The notes under the pieces: generated by a model | Told to the model about the DNA's origin: nothing | What the model saw: only the letters and a program-made list of their open reading frames with translations | Database searches by the model: none | Assembly: GCA_965223845.1 (NCBI GenBank) | Contig: CBDCXR010000004.1 | Span: forward strand, 6,113,252 to 6,177,251 | Source of the DNA: Planctomycetota bacterium | GTDB lineage: Bacteria; Planctomycetota; UBA8108; SXIK01 | Direction: 5' to 3' | DNA: 64,000 nt | Shown: piece after piece, positions 1 to 10,259 of the stretch | How the letters are laid out: every line of letters begins with the position of its first letter | Position numbering within the stretch: the stretch's first letter is position 1 | Translations under genes and position numbers: made by a program

Positions 1-1162
1 TGATGCGATCCATCGTCCACCCTTCGAACCTCTTATTGCGCTCGCTTAGATTCGCGTTCACGAGCATGCGACTCCAGTCGCCGCCGACCGCACCGTAGTG
101 GCTGTACCACCCCTCGACCCCCTCGAGCACGTCCGCGCGGATCCGCGCCCGCGCCTCCGGATCCCGCAGCCGCTCGAGAAACCGCTGTCTGCCTCCGTCG
201 TGAGCCCACGGCGGAGCGATCGTCGCGAGGTTGTTGTTGCCCCGCGTGTACGGGTAGACGTTCGCCTGCACATCGATACCGCGCCGCCGCGCCGCTTCGA
301 TCCGCGAGACGATCTCCGGCATTCTTCCCCAGAGCTGCTCCTCGGCGATCTTGATGTGAATGATGTCGGCGGTGAGCTTCGCTCGCCCGGCGATCGCGAT
401 GATCTCGTCGACGGCATCGAGGACCAGCGATCCTTCGTTCCGAATGTGACTCGAGAAGATCCCGCCTCGCTCGGCCACCGGTCTACAGAGCTCGACCAAC
501 TCGTCCGTCGTCGCCAGCAGCCCGGGCGGAACGGCGAGCATCGTCGAAAGACCGAAGGCGCCATCGGCCATCGCCTCGTCGATGAGGCGACGCATCGCCG
601 CGAACTCTTCGCTCGATGGCCGCACGTGCGACTCTCCCATCACACACCGCCATACGTTCCCGAGTCCGACGTAAGTCGCTACGTTGATCGAAATCCCCGA
701 TCGCTCGAGCGCGTTCAGATAATCGGCCACCGTTCGGATCGTGACCGTACGGCCATCGACGTCGACCTCGCGCGCCGGAAGCTTCCCTTTGAACGGCCCA
801 CCGGAGGAATCTTCACCGATCACGTCCGTCGTGACGCCCTGGCGAATCTTGCTCTGGGCGAATCCGTCCTCGAAGAGAAGCCAATCGGAATGAGAATGGT
901 TGTCGATGAAGCCCGGCGACACGACGAGTCCCGTCGCGTCGATCGTCCGTTTCGCACGCGCGCCGTCGAGTCGTCCGATGCGAGCAATCCGATCCCCACG
1001 AATCCCGACGTCCGCGCGGCGCCACGGATTGCCGCTTCCGTCGACGACGCGACCGCCGTGAATGACAATATCGTAGTCTTCCCGGTCTTGGGCCCGGGTG
1101 GGGCGACCGACTCCCGCGCTGAGAACGATCAGTAGCCAGCCCCATACAATCCGTGAACGCAT
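1..1162 (-). CDS. N-acyl-D-amino-acid deacylase (D-aminoacylase) family amidohydrolase; C-terminus cut by window edge
   Basis: Absent from the ORF track because it runs off the left edge. My reverse-complement translation from ATG at 1162 gives MRSRIVWGWLLIVLSAGVGRPTRAQDREDYDIVIHGGRVVDGSGNPWRRADVGIRGDRIARIG...SPGFIDNHSHSDW...QGVTTDV...YPYTRGNN. This shows a signal-like N-terminus, the DxVIxGGxVVDGSG opening and the HxH metal motif of the D-aminoacylase fold. An AGAGGGGG RBS-like string lies upstream. The listed + ORF 98..1135 is its antisense shadow. Confidence 0.75.
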   Translation of the reverse strand, partial: MRSRIVWGWLLIVLSAGVGRPTRAQDREDYDIVIHGGRVVDGSGNPWRRADVGIRGDRIARIGRLDGARAKRTIDATGLVVSPGFIDNHSHSDWLLFEDGFAQSKIRQGVTTDVIGEDSSGGPFKGKLPAREVDVDGRTVTIRTVADYLNALERSGISINVATYVGLGNVWRCVMGESHVRPSSEEFAAMRRLIDEAMADGAFGLSTMLAVPPGLLATTDELVELCRPVAERGGIFSSHIRNEGSLVLDAVDEIIAIAGRAKLTADIIHIKIAEEQLWGRMPEIVSRIEAARRRGIDVQANVYPYTRGNNNLATIAPPWAHDGGRQRFLERLRDPEARARIRADVLEGVEGWYSHYGAVGGDWSRMLVNANLSERNKRFEGWTMDRI

Positions 1163-1347
1163 TGAGGCGCCCCCTCTCGAAGGCCATCGGCCGCTACACG
1201 CGCCGAGGCGGTCGGCGGACTCGCTCCGGCGGATCGGACACCGCCCTTCGGCGATCGCGATTCGAGACCGGTCGCGATCAGCTCGCGACACTCTTCTGAT
1301 CAGTCGACTCCACGCGATTCCCGCGTGCGTCGAACGCTCGGGAAACG

Positions 1348-2121
1348 TCACTGCCGGACGAACGAAACGTCGTCGAGAAACACTTCGCCCGATCCCCCCG
1401 CGACCGCTCCCGTCACGAATCGGAACAAGATTTCGGCTTCGCGCGCGCGCGGCGGAGCGACGAGATCCGAAATCGAAATCTGTTTCCACTCACCACTCCC
1501 GCCTCTGAAACCGGTCAGGCCGGTTCCCACGCCGAGATCGCTTCCGAGTCCGCTCACCCACTTCACCTCGTACTCCTGGACGTAACTGACGCCGTAGTCC
1601 ATCTCCTTCGCCCAAAACGAAAGCTCGTATGTCTCTCCGCTCTCCACGTCGTTCACCGACTGCCGGAGGAGTCCTTCGCTCGGCGTCGCGCCGGCGTTCA
1701 CGAGAAGCGAGTGCATGCTGAACGATCCGGTGCGCGCATCCGCGTCCGATCGACCAGGCGGAAGGCTCGCGGCGACGAACCAATCCGTCGCACTCTCGCC
1801 CGTGCCCGCCTCGAAGCTTCCGTTTCGAACGATGCCCCGATCATCCGAAACGAGAGCCCGGTTCGACGCGTCCGGCTGAGGCACCTCCGGAACCGGATCG
1901 GCGGGCTTCTGCGGCTCGCCGCGTTCGATCGCGGGTGCTTCGGACGGGCTCGACGGCGCGATTCGAGCGGGTTCACTGGCGCCCGGTTGAGCCGTCTCCG
2001 GTGACTCGGCGTCGCCCGGCGACTTCGAGCACGACGGCAAGAGCGCGGCAATCGAAGCTCCGAGAACGAGTCCTCGCGCAGTCAGCCGTAGAAGGGAGAA
2101 CGTACGTTGGCCTCGGTTCAT
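1348..2121 (-). CDS. secreted lipoprotein with CBM4_9 / galactose-binding-like domain
   Basis: Track ORF 1348..2196. I start at internal ATG 2121 because the longer form overlaps the 3' end of 2193..3611. MNRGQRTFSLLRLTARGLVLGASIAALLPSC gives a signal peptide plus lipobox. A Pro/Ser/Ala linker follows, then NGSFE..W...GETYELSFWAKE...VFLDDVSF, which is typical of a jelly-roll carbohydrate-binding module. Confidence 0.6.
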   Translation of the reverse strand: MNRGQRTFSLLRLTARGLVLGASIAALLPSCSKSPGDAESPETAQPGASEPARIAPSSPSEAPAIERGEPQKPADPVPEVPQPDASNRALVSDDRGIVRNGSFEAGTGESATDWFVAASLPPGRSDADARTGSFSMHSLLVNAGATPSEGLLRQSVNDVESGETYELSFWAKEMDYGVSYVQEYEVKWVSGLGSDLGVGTGLTGFRGGSGEWKQISISDLVAPPRAREAEILFRFVTGAVAGGSGEVFLDDVSFVRQ

Positions 2122-2192
2122 GTCGACTCGAGCTTTCCTCATGGATGCGTTCCGCGACGGTGACGCGGCGGAGTTTCGTTCGTTCGCGCGCC

Positions 2193-3611
2193 TCACGCCA
2201 AGATCTCGCGGATCACCCGGCCGTGGACATCGGTCAAACGAAAATCTCTTCCCGCGTAACGATAAGTCAGCCGTTCGTGATCGAGTCCGAGCGCGTGCAG
2301 CATGGTGGCGTGAAGATCGTGGACACTCGTCCGGTTCTCGACCGCTCCGAACCCGAACTCATCGGTCGCACCGTATACGCGTCCACCTCGAATCCCTCCA
2401 CCGGCGAGCCAGACCGTGAAGCCGTAGTGGTTGTGATCCCGACCGAGCATCGGTTTTCCGTCGCCGGTCAGCTCGACCGTCGGTGTGCGCCCGAATTCCC
2501 CGCCCCAAAGGACGAGAGTTTCGTCTAGCATCCCTCGCTGCTTGAGATCGGTGAGGAGAGCGGAGATCGGCTGGTCGATTTCGGCCGCGAGCTTCCGGTG
2601 CGCCGATTCGATCTGCGTGTGATTGTCCCATGGCTGCCCGCCCCCGTGCCAGAGCTGGACATACCGCACTCCTCGCTCGAGCAATCTTCGCGCGATCAAG
2701 GTCTGACGCGCGTGGACACCCGAACCGTACATCTCGCGGATGGACGAGGGCTCGCGCGAAACATCGAATGCATCGGTGGCTTCCGTCTGCATTCGAAACG
2801 CGAGTTCGTACGACTGGATGCGCGCCTCGAGCCGATCGTCTAGTCGCCGAGTCTGGTGCCGCCGATTCCACCGCGCGAGAAGATCGAGCTGGCGTCGTTG
2901 GTCCGCCGTCCCGACGTGCGGATGCTCGATGTTCTCGATGAGTCGGCTCGGACTTTCGTACTTCGAATCGACGTACGTGCCTTGGTACGCTCCCGGGAGA
3001 AACGCGGCCTGCCAGTTTTCCGAGTCCTTAATCGGCAGCCCGTTCGGGCACATCGCGATGAATCCCGGCAGATTCTGGTTTTCCGCACCGAGCCCGTAGA
3101 GAAGCCACGACCCGAAGCTCGGCCGTGCCTGCACGGAGTCTCCGCAGTTCATCAGCATGAGCGACGGCTCGTGGTTCGGCACCTGTGCATACATCGAGCG
3201 GATGACCGCGATGTCGTCGATGTGCTCGGCCGTCTTTCGAAAGAGGTCGCTCACCTCGATCCCCGATGCGCCGTATCGGCGAAACTCGAACGGTGACGGA
3301 AACGCGGCGCCGGTCTTGCGCTCGGTGGTTTGCGTCACCGACAGGAGCTTGCCCGCGTACTTCGCGAGAAGCGGCTTCGGATCGAAGGTGTCGACGTGCG
3401 ACGGGCCGCCGTTCAGAAAGAACTGAACGACGCGTTTCGCTCTCCCGGCGTGATGCGACGGTCGTTCGGCAAGCGGACCCGTCTTCGGCGTCGCTCGGAG
3501 CTCCTCCGAAACTAGCGAAGAGAGCGCGAGCGATCCGACGCCGAGCGCTGAACGCGCCAACATCTCACGGCGATTGTAAGGAAACGGGTTGACTCGAGCG
3601 GAACTGTTCAT
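2193..3611 (-). CDS. DUF1501 domain protein (sulfatase-fold, Tat signal)
   Basis: 472-aa ORF. Motifs: Tat-like NRREMLARSALGVG; FFLNGGPSHVDTFDPKP; WGGEFGRTP; GRDHNHYGF. It lies 24 nt downstream of its usual PSCyt/DUF1553 partner. Confidence 0.85.
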   Translation of the reverse strand: MNSSARVNPFPYNRREMLARSALGVGSLALSSLVSEELRATPKTGPLAERPSHHAGRAKRVVQFFLNGGPSHVDTFDPKPLLAKYAGKLLSVTQTTERKTGAAFPSPFEFRRYGASGIEVSDLFRKTAEHIDDIAVIRSMYAQVPNHEPSLMLMNCGDSVQARPSFGSWLLYGLGAENQNLPGFIAMCPNGLPIKDSENWQAAFLPGAYQGTYVDSKYESPSRLIENIEHPHVGTADQRRQLDLLARWNRRHQTRRLDDRLEARIQSYELAFRMQTEATDAFDVSREPSSIREMYGSGVHARQTLIARRLLERGVRYVQLWHGGGQPWDNHTQIESAHRKLAAEIDQPISALLTDLKQRGMLDETLVLWGGEFGRTPTVELTGDGKPMLGRDHNHYGFTVWLAGGGIRGGRVYGATDEFGFGAVENRTSVHDLHATMLHALGLDHERLTYRYAGRDFRLTDVHGRVIREILA

Positions 3612-3635
3612 TGCGTCACGGGTGATGCGAGTACG

Positions 3636-6600
3636 TCAGTCGATGAACAAGAACTCGTTGGTCGAAAGCAAGATCTGTGCGAGCTGTGCCCAGCCGCCGA
3701 GTCGGCGTTTCGAATCGGGAGTGAAATCCGTCCGAGAGTTCCACGCAACCGACGCCTCGTGGGCGCGCAAGCTCGCGTCGCGGATGTCGATCTCCCACGA
3801 ATACTGATCGTGACTCAGCGTGCCGCCGATATCGACGACGAAGTCGATCGTTTCGCCTGCGATCACTTCGACCTCGCCGACCGAGACGGAGCTCGCGTTC
3901 CGATGGATCTCTTTCCGAGCGAGCAGGCCGGACCTCGAGCTCACGATACGCGCCGAGATTCCGTCGCCTTCTTTCGGCTCGTGTGCGAGTCGACTCTCGA
4001 TGCGCACCGCCATCGCGCGCGGTGCGGTCCACCGGCGGATCGACGCGTGCTCTTTGTCGTTCCCGGGGTGCCCGCCCGTCGCCGTCAACTGAACCCAGCC
4101 GAGCTTCGGGTCCGGCCAGCGCGCTCCGCCCTGCCACGCCTCGCCGGTGAAGTGGGGAAGAGGCGCGAAATTCGCCACCCGCTTCGCCTTCTCGTCGAAG
4201 AGTCCGAATCCGTACTGCCAGTCCCGAGCCGTAGCCGGCGCGGCGTCTACGGGTCGCGCCGACTCGATCAGCTCCGCTCCCTCCCGGAGCTCGGCCGCGT
4301 CGGGTTCCCGCTGAAACGCGCGCGCAAAGAGCGCCCGGATTCCGATCTCCCGCGCCTTCGCGCTCTCACCGTAACGCGCGAGCGCGAGCGCGCGATCGAG
4401 GACGAGCGGATGATTGAGAAAGAACAGAGCCTGCTGCGGCACCGTCGTTTCGCGCCGTGCCGGAATGTGAAGGTCCGGGTTCGCGAAGTCGAACGTCCGG
4501 AGCGCGGCGGGCAGAAACTGACGATCGACCTTGGCGTAGAGCGTGCGTCTTCGCCCGAACGGCTCGCCGAAGAGATCGAACGGTTTGCCGCCCATCGCGG
4601 GCTCGAGATCGCTCGCGACCGCGAGCATCGCGTCGCGAAACTCCTCGAAGGTGAGTCGCCGAGGCGTCATTCGCCAGAGGAGGCGATTGTCCGGATCCGA
4701 TGCCTCCGCGGCGGCTTTCGCGCGCGGGTCGGACGGCCCTGTCGACGCCTGGCGGAACGTCGCCGAGAGGACGATCGTGCGGTGCAGCTTCTTGAGGCTC
4801 CACCCGTCGGTGACGAATCGAGCCGCGAGCCAGTCGAGGAGCTCCGGATGGGAAGGCGGGGCGGCGCGGCGACCGAAGTCGCTCGGTGTCGCAACGAATC
4901 CTCGTCCGAAGTGATGCATCCACACACGATTGACGATGACGCGCGCGGTGAGAGGATTCGACGGCGATGCGATCGCCTCGGCGAGCTCGAGTCGACCGCT
5001 TCCCTTTCGAAACGGTTCCGAGGTCTCGGCGATCACGGGGAGAAACCGCCGCGGCACCTCCTCTCCCTTGTCGATCGGGTTTCCACGGCGGAAGATCCGC
5101 GGTCGAGCCGGAACGGAGCGATCCCGAAGCACGGTCGTGAACGGAGCGGCGCCGCGCGCATTGATGATCCAGCGGTCAACTTCGCCCTGCAGTTTCCACA
5201 GCTCTCCCACGCGTCCCGAGTCGAAGAAGTTCTCGCAGTCGACGATCGCTTCGTCCGGCACCTCGCACGGCGCGTTCTCGCCGTAGAGCACTCGCCGGAG
5301 CGCGTCGGTCGCGTCGTCGAGGGAACCACGCGAGACGGATGAAGTACTCGCGTCCGCGGATCTTCGCGCCGCCTTCCAACGCTCGTCGGCGGCCGTAAGG
5401 ACGCGAGCGTAGCGATCGATGACGTCGTCGAAGCTTTTCGGTGGCTCTCTGAACGCCTCTCCGATGAGCGGATGGACGTCTCCTCGTTCTCCGCTCTGGA
5501 GCGCGCGTGTCACCTCGGCGGTGAGTTTCGCAAATGACTCCTGCGGTAACGAGGCGTAGGCGTGCCACGGAACGAAGATCGGATCGCGTTCCTCTCTCGC
5601 GCGACGGAGGAACTCCTCCCATCGACGCACGAAGGCCGGAAGAAGATCGTCCGGCTGAAAGATCTGGTCGAAGCCATCGGCGGGGAATTCGCCAAGGCGA
5701 GTCTGCGCCTTCAAGTAGTCGCCGATTCGCCGGCGCGCGCGGTCCGACGCTTCGAGACGGAACGCCGCGAGCTGCGTGGCGAGCTTCTCTTGGCGCTTGG
5801 CGAGCTCCGATTCGAACGCCGCGTCGCTCGCTCCGCCGGGAAGTCGCTCGACTCGTTCGCTCGAGCTGTCGAACACCCCGTAGAGCGAATAGTAGTCGGC
5901 GGTCGCGATCGGATCGTATTTGTGATCGTGGCAGCGCGCGCAGCTCACCGTGAGACCGAGCGTGCCGCGAGTGACGACGTCGATGCGGTCGTCGATGATC
6001 TCTCGCGCGACGCCGAGGAATCGGCGGCCGAGAGTGAGGAACCCCATCGCCGCGAGATCTTCCGGCCGGCGATCCTCGATCTGATCGGCCGCGATCTGGA
6101 GCCGAAGGAACCGATCGTAGGGCAGGTCTTCGTTGAGCGCTCGCACCACCCAGTCGCGATACGTCCACGCGTGGATCCACGTGCGCTCCTCCCGGGCGTA
6201 AACGTAGCCTTTGGTATCGGAGTAGCGAGCGACGTCGAGCCAGTGGCGAGCCCACCGCTCGCCGTAGCGCGGAGAGTCGAGAAACGAGTCGACGAGGCGC
6301 TCGTATGCATCGAGGCGCGGATCGCGGAGGAACTCGCGCACTTCTTCGACGCTCGGCGGGAGCCCGCGGAGTGCGAAGCTGAGCCGCCGAATGAGTGTCC
6401 GTCGGTCGGCCTCCGGCGAAGCTTCGAGACCCTCTCCCTCGAGTCGCGCGCGAACGAACGCATCGATTGGATTTCGCGTCGGCGCGTCGCCCCCGACTCG
6501 AGGGATCGTAGGCGCGCGCACGGGCTCGAAGGCCCAGTGCTTCTCGCTCGCGGCCGGCTTCTCCGTTCCTTCAACCGATGCCGGCCACGGAGCGCCCGCT

Positions 6601-6932
6601 TCGATCCATCGCGCGAGCGCACGCACTTCGCGTTCGCCGAGCGCGCGATCGGGTGGCATTTTCGGATCGCCCGTTCGTGCGACCGCCTGAACGAGCCGAC
6701 TCGCCGCGGAGTCGCCGGGAACGATCGCTGGCCCCCGCTCGCCTCCGCGGAGGATCGCCGCCCGCGAGTCGACGCGGAATCTGCTCTTCGCCTTCTCGCC
6801 GCCGTGGCAGCCACCACACTTCGAGACGAGGAGCGGGCGGATTTCGCGCTCGAAGAATTCCGTCGCCGCGAATTCGTCTGCCGCCGCGGGCGTAAGGAGT
6901 GATGCGACTAGTAAGGCCCGAACTATCGCCAC
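3636..6932 (-). CDS. PSCyt (planctomycete cytochrome c) / DUF1549 / DUF1553 domain protein
   Basis: 1098-aa ORF with a GTG start and a short signal (MAIVRALLVASLLTPAAA). Heme-type CGGCHG motif. DUF1549-like NPIDAFVRARLEGEGLEASPEADRRTLIRRLSFALRGLPPSVEEV. CARCHDHKYDPI. DUF1553-like C-terminal half. Confidence 0.85.
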   Translation of the reverse strand: MAIVRALLVASLLTPAAADEFAATEFFEREIRPLLVSKCGGCHGGEKAKSRFRVDSRAAILRGGERGPAIVPGDSAASRLVQAVARTGDPKMPPDRALGEREVRALARWIEAGAPWPASVEGTEKPAASEKHWAFEPVRAPTIPRVGGDAPTRNPIDAFVRARLEGEGLEASPEADRRTLIRRLSFALRGLPPSVEEVREFLRDPRLDAYERLVDSFLDSPRYGERWARHWLDVARYSDTKGYVYAREERTWIHAWTYRDWVVRALNEDLPYDRFLRLQIAADQIEDRRPEDLAAMGFLTLGRRFLGVAREIIDDRIDVVTRGTLGLTVSCARCHDHKYDPIATADYYSLYGVFDSSSERVERLPGGASDAAFESELAKRQEKLATQLAAFRLEASDRARRRIGDYLKAQTRLGEFPADGFDQIFQPDDLLPAFVRRWEEFLRRAREERDPIFVPWHAYASLPQESFAKLTAEVTRALQSGERGDVHPLIGEAFREPPKSFDDVIDRYARVLTAADERWKAARRSADASTSSVSRGSLDDATDALRRVLYGENAPCEVPDEAIVDCENFFDSGRVGELWKLQGEVDRWIINARGAAPFTTVLRDRSVPARPRIFRRGNPIDKGEEVPRRFLPVIAETSEPFRKGSGRLELAEAIASPSNPLTARVIVNRVWMHHFGRGFVATPSDFGRRAAPPSHPELLDWLAARFVTDGWSLKKLHRTIVLSATFRQASTGPSDPRAKAAAEASDPDNRLLWRMTPRRLTFEEFRDAMLAVASDLEPAMGGKPFDLFGEPFGRRRTLYAKVDRQFLPAALRTFDFANPDLHIPARRETTVPQQALFFLNHPLVLDRALALARYGESAKAREIGIRALFARAFQREPDAAELREGAELIESARPVDAAPATARDWQYGFGLFDEKAKRVANFAPLPHFTGEAWQGGARWPDPKLGWVQLTATGGHPGNDKEHASIRRWTAPRAMAVRIESRLAHEPKEGDGISARIVSSRSGLLARKEIHRNASSVSVGEVEVIAGETIDFVVDIGGTLSHDQYSWEIDIRDASLRAHEASVAWNSRTDFTPDSKRRLGGWAQLAQILLSTNEFLFID

Positions 6933-7004
6933 GGCACGTCTCCCTTCCGCTCGCCATTCTGAGCGAGCGAACGTAGCGGATCAACGAGACGTCCCGGAAA
7001 CGTC

Positions 7005-8444
7005 CTACTCGAGCTTCATGCTGTCGACGCTTTCCGTCAGCTTCTTGCCGACATCGCTCCACTGAGCTTCGAGCGCCGCTGCGGTTGCGACGTACACGCG
7101 ACCGTCGGCGAGCTCGATCCGCGCGTAAAAGCGAAGATCGCGCCCGTTCAGCTTCCCGGAGTAGTCGAGCGTCGCGGTTCCCGCTGCGTGCCCGACGCTC
7201 TCCGCAATGATCGTCATGTTGACTAGCTCGAGCTTCTGCTTCGTGATCGTGACGTAACCGTCGATCGAGCCGACGTACGGCTCGATTTGAACCTCGACGT
7301 GCGGCGCGTAGCCGCTCGTCGCTGGGAGGTAGAGCACGGCCGATCGATACGGTGCAGCACTCACGCCCGCTTCGAGCGGTGCGATCGAGAATCCGTTCTT
7401 CTCGAACTGAAGCCTTGGCGGGCGTCCGGCGACGTCGGCGCCGGGCTTCATCCGCAGAAGCTTCATGATGCGCCCCGACACGTTCCAGTCCTGGACGTAG
7501 AGATTCCCCGCCCCGTCCCAATACGATCCGTGCGTGCCGCTGAAGTAACCTTCGACCCAATCCTCTTGCTTGATGCCGAACGACCCGCCCTTCCTTCGGT
7601 CGGGGTTGTGGCCGAGCACGGCGATGATCGTGTTCGTCTTATCGAGAATGACGAGACGACCGTGGAGATCGGGTACCGAGACGAAATCGCCCCGAACCGC
7701 CGCCGAGGTCGGCATGCCGAGCCCCGTCACGACTTCGCCGATGAACTCGCCGTCGAGGCCGTAGTGGACGAGGCGTCCCTTGGGTTGGTGGTTTCGATCG
7801 CAGATGAGAAGCCGGGGAGGGTCGTAGCGCGTATCTAGCGTCATCCCGTGCGCAGTGTTGAACTCCTTGAGACCGTTCCCTTTCTTCCCAAAGTACATGA
7901 CGAACTTGCCGGTCTTGTCGAACTTGAAGATCCGGTCGCTCGCGTACCCGTCCGCCAAGACGATGTCGCCGTTTGGGGCGACGGTGATCGCCGTCGGCTT
8001 GAAGTTCCTGCCGTCTAGCCCCGAGTCCTCGGGAAAGCCGAGCTTCAGCACGATCTCACCGTCCGACGCTTTGATCTTGAGTCCCTCGCGATCGTTGTTG
8101 CGCGCGCCGTAGATGTATTCGGTACCGTTCTCATCCCGAATCTCGAGGTCGTGAATGTTCGAGTAGCTCTTCCCGAGGAACGAGCGGACGACCTGCCCGC
8201 CGGGCGAGAATACGACGACTCCCTTCTGCGCGCTCGTGTAGACGTTGCCGGCCTTGTCGACGACGACTCCGCCGTGCGTCGGGCCGAGCACAGACTTTCC
8301 GTCGGCGCCGAGTCCCCAGCCCGGAACGGTGTGAAACGTCATCTCGCCGCAGCCCATGCTCACCGGCAGAGGAGATTCCTTCGCGGAGATCGTGGTGGTG
8401 GACGAGATCGCGAGCGCGATGGCAAGTAGCGATGAGGTTTTCAT
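7005..8444 (-). CDS. secreted NHL-repeat / six-bladed beta-propeller protein (peptidyl-alpha-hydroxyglycine lyase-like) with extra C-terminal domain
   Basis: Track ORF 7005..8579. I prefer internal ATG 8444 (MKTSSLLAIALAISSTTTISA signal). Repeated G.VVVDKAGNVYT / PNGDIVLADGYASDRIFKF / AGNLYVQDW strings match NHL-type blades. The last ~140 aa belong to no family I recognise. Confidence 0.65.
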   Translation of the reverse strand: MKTSSLLAIALAISSTTTISAKESPLPVSMGCGEMTFHTVPGWGLGADGKSVLGPTHGGVVVDKAGNVYTSAQKGVVVFSPGGQVVRSFLGKSYSNIHDLEIRDENGTEYIYGARNNDREGLKIKASDGEIVLKLGFPEDSGLDGRNFKPTAITVAPNGDIVLADGYASDRIFKFDKTGKFVMYFGKKGNGLKEFNTAHGMTLDTRYDPPRLLICDRNHQPKGRLVHYGLDGEFIGEVVTGLGMPTSAAVRGDFVSVPDLHGRLVILDKTNTIIAVLGHNPDRRKGGSFGIKQEDWVEGYFSGTHGSYWDGAGNLYVQDWNVSGRIMKLLRMKPGADVAGRPPRLQFEKNGFSIAPLEAGVSAAPYRSAVLYLPATSGYAPHVEVQIEPYVGSIDGYVTITKQKLELVNMTIIAESVGHAAGTATLDYSGKLNGRDLRFYARIELADGRVYVATAAALEAQWSDVGKKLTESVDSMKLE

Positions 8445-8870
8445 GTGGAGCTCCAACGGACGCGGCTGCGCGCGGCGCACGCGAGACGCGAGGTCAACTG
8501 GATGAATTCGGATGGGGGAGGGTCGACGCTCTCCGCCGCGAATGCCTCCAAATTCGAAGGGCTCTTCGCGTGCGGTCATCGTGGATGCCTATTCTCCGTG
8601 AGGAGGTCGCGGAAATCCACGGACAGCGCGCCGCCGGCCGAGCGGCACGGGATTCTCGCTCCCGTGAGCTTCGAATGACGCCACGGCTCGGCGTATCGGT
8701 GGATGTTCGGTAGTCTCGCCACGGGGTGAATCCGGTGCAGAGGGCGAGCGATTCGGCTCTCGCCTCTTCGCGTTCGATCCGAGGAGAGCTTGACGTCGCG
8801 ATCCCTAGATTCGCTAATCGTGTCGGGGCGGGCGTTCTCCAGGAGGGAAGGCGGAGCGAGGCGAAACCCG

Positions 8871-10169
8871 ATGTCCCAGCGAAAGATCCATCGGCGAGCG
8901 GTTTTCAAGCGAGCAGCGGGCGCGGCGACGGCGCTCGTGGCGCCGAGCTTCGTCCCCGCGTCCATTCTCGGCCGAAGCGGCCGCGTACCGCCGAGCGACA
9001 AGATCACCGTCGGCTTCATCGGAGTCGGGGGACACGGACGACAGCGGAACCTCGAGCAGTACCTCGGCCAGGACGACGCGCGCGTCCTCGCCGCGTGCGA
9101 CGTCGACTCGAACCATCTCGCGATCGCGACGAACCGGATCAACGAGGTTTACCGAAACAAGGACTGCGCGACGTACAGAGATTTCCGCGAGCTCCTCGCG
9201 CGGGACGACATCGACGCCGTCATGATCTCGACGCCCGACCACTGGCACGTCCTCATGAGCGTACTCGCCGTCCGCGCGGGGAAGGACGTCCAATGCGAGA
9301 AGCCGACACTCACGATCGACGAAGGGAAGATCCTCGTCCGAGAGGTGCGAAAGCACCGCAAGGTGTTTCAAACGAGCACGGAAGACCGATCAATCCCCGT
9401 CTACCACCGAATCGCGGAGCTCGTTCGGAACGGACGCATCGGGAAGCTGCAGACGATACGCGTCACGCTCCCCCAGCAACCGAAGGAGCCCGGTGACCCG
9501 ACGCCGCAGCCCGTCCCGAAGGACCTCGACTACGATCTCTGGCTCGGCCCGGCGCCGTTTGCCCCGTACACGAAGGGGCGAGTTCATTTCCACTTTCGCT
9601 GGATCTCGGACTACTCGGGCGGAATCATTCCCGACTGGGGCGCGCACCTCTTCGACACCGCAGCGTGGGCGAGCGACACGGAGCGGAGCGGTCCGATTAA
9701 GGTGGAGGGAAGCGGAACGTTTTGGAAGGGCGGCCTTTACGATACCGCGAAGGACTATCACGTCGAGTACACGTACGCGGGCGGTCTCAAGATGATCCTC
9801 GATCACGGAGGGAGCCGGCTCCGCTTCGAAGGCACGAAAGGGTGGGTCGAGATTCCGCGGTGGCGCGCGGACATCATCGCGAGCGATCCGAAGATCCTCG
9901 ATTCGAAGATCGGACCGGACGGAGTTCGTCTGTACACGAATCCAGCTGGCGAGCACCGTGATTTTCTCGACTGCGTGAAGTCGCGGAAGGACCCGTATTT
10001 CCCGGCGGACATCGGCCACCGCGTCTCGACGCTCTGCCACCTCGCCGACATCGCGCTTCGGCTCGGGCGCCCGCTCGAGTGGGATCCGAAGGCAGAGCGC
10101 TTTTCGAAGGACGATGAGGCGAACCGAATGTTGTCGCGTCCGATGCGTGAGCCGTGGAGCTTCGCGTAG
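8871..10169 (+). CDS. Gfo/Idh/MocA family oxidoreductase with Tat signal
   Basis: Track ORF 8790..10169. ATG 8871 gives MSQRKIHRRAVFKRAAGAATALVAP (twin-arginine signal), followed by the Rossmann motif ITVGFIGVGGHG, then DAVMISTPDHWH and EKP. Confidence 0.8.
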   Translation: MSQRKIHRRAVFKRAAGAATALVAPSFVPASILGRSGRVPPSDKITVGFIGVGGHGRQRNLEQYLGQDDARVLAACDVDSNHLAIATNRINEVYRNKDCATYRDFRELLARDDIDAVMISTPDHWHVLMSVLAVRAGKDVQCEKPTLTIDEGKILVREVRKHRKVFQTSTEDRSIPVYHRIAELVRNGRIGKLQTIRVTLPQQPKEPGDPTPQPVPKDLDYDLWLGPAPFAPYTKGRVHFHFRWISDYSGGIIPDWGAHLFDTAAWASDTERSGPIKVEGSGTFWKGGLYDTAKDYHVEYTYAGGLKMILDHGGSRLRFEGTKGWVEIPRWRADIIASDPKILDSKIGPDGVRLYTNPAGEHRDFLDCVKSRKDPYFPADIGHRVSTLCHLADIALRLGRPLEWDPKAERFSKDDEANRMLSRPMREPWSFA

Positions 10170-10259
10170 ATTCGCTTCCACGGCGCGAAGGATCATTGCG
10201 ACGGGCGATGGAAACGCGGAGAATCTGAGCGAAACTCTCATCGCGCGGGAGGCACGACG

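Noticed and set aside
98-1135. 345-aa + strand ORF, the longest listed ORF at the left end
   Set aside because: Its translation is Arg/Asp/Pro-rich nonsense. The opposite strand, in a frame open to the window edge, gives a clean D-aminoacylase sequence. This ORF is an antisense shadow.
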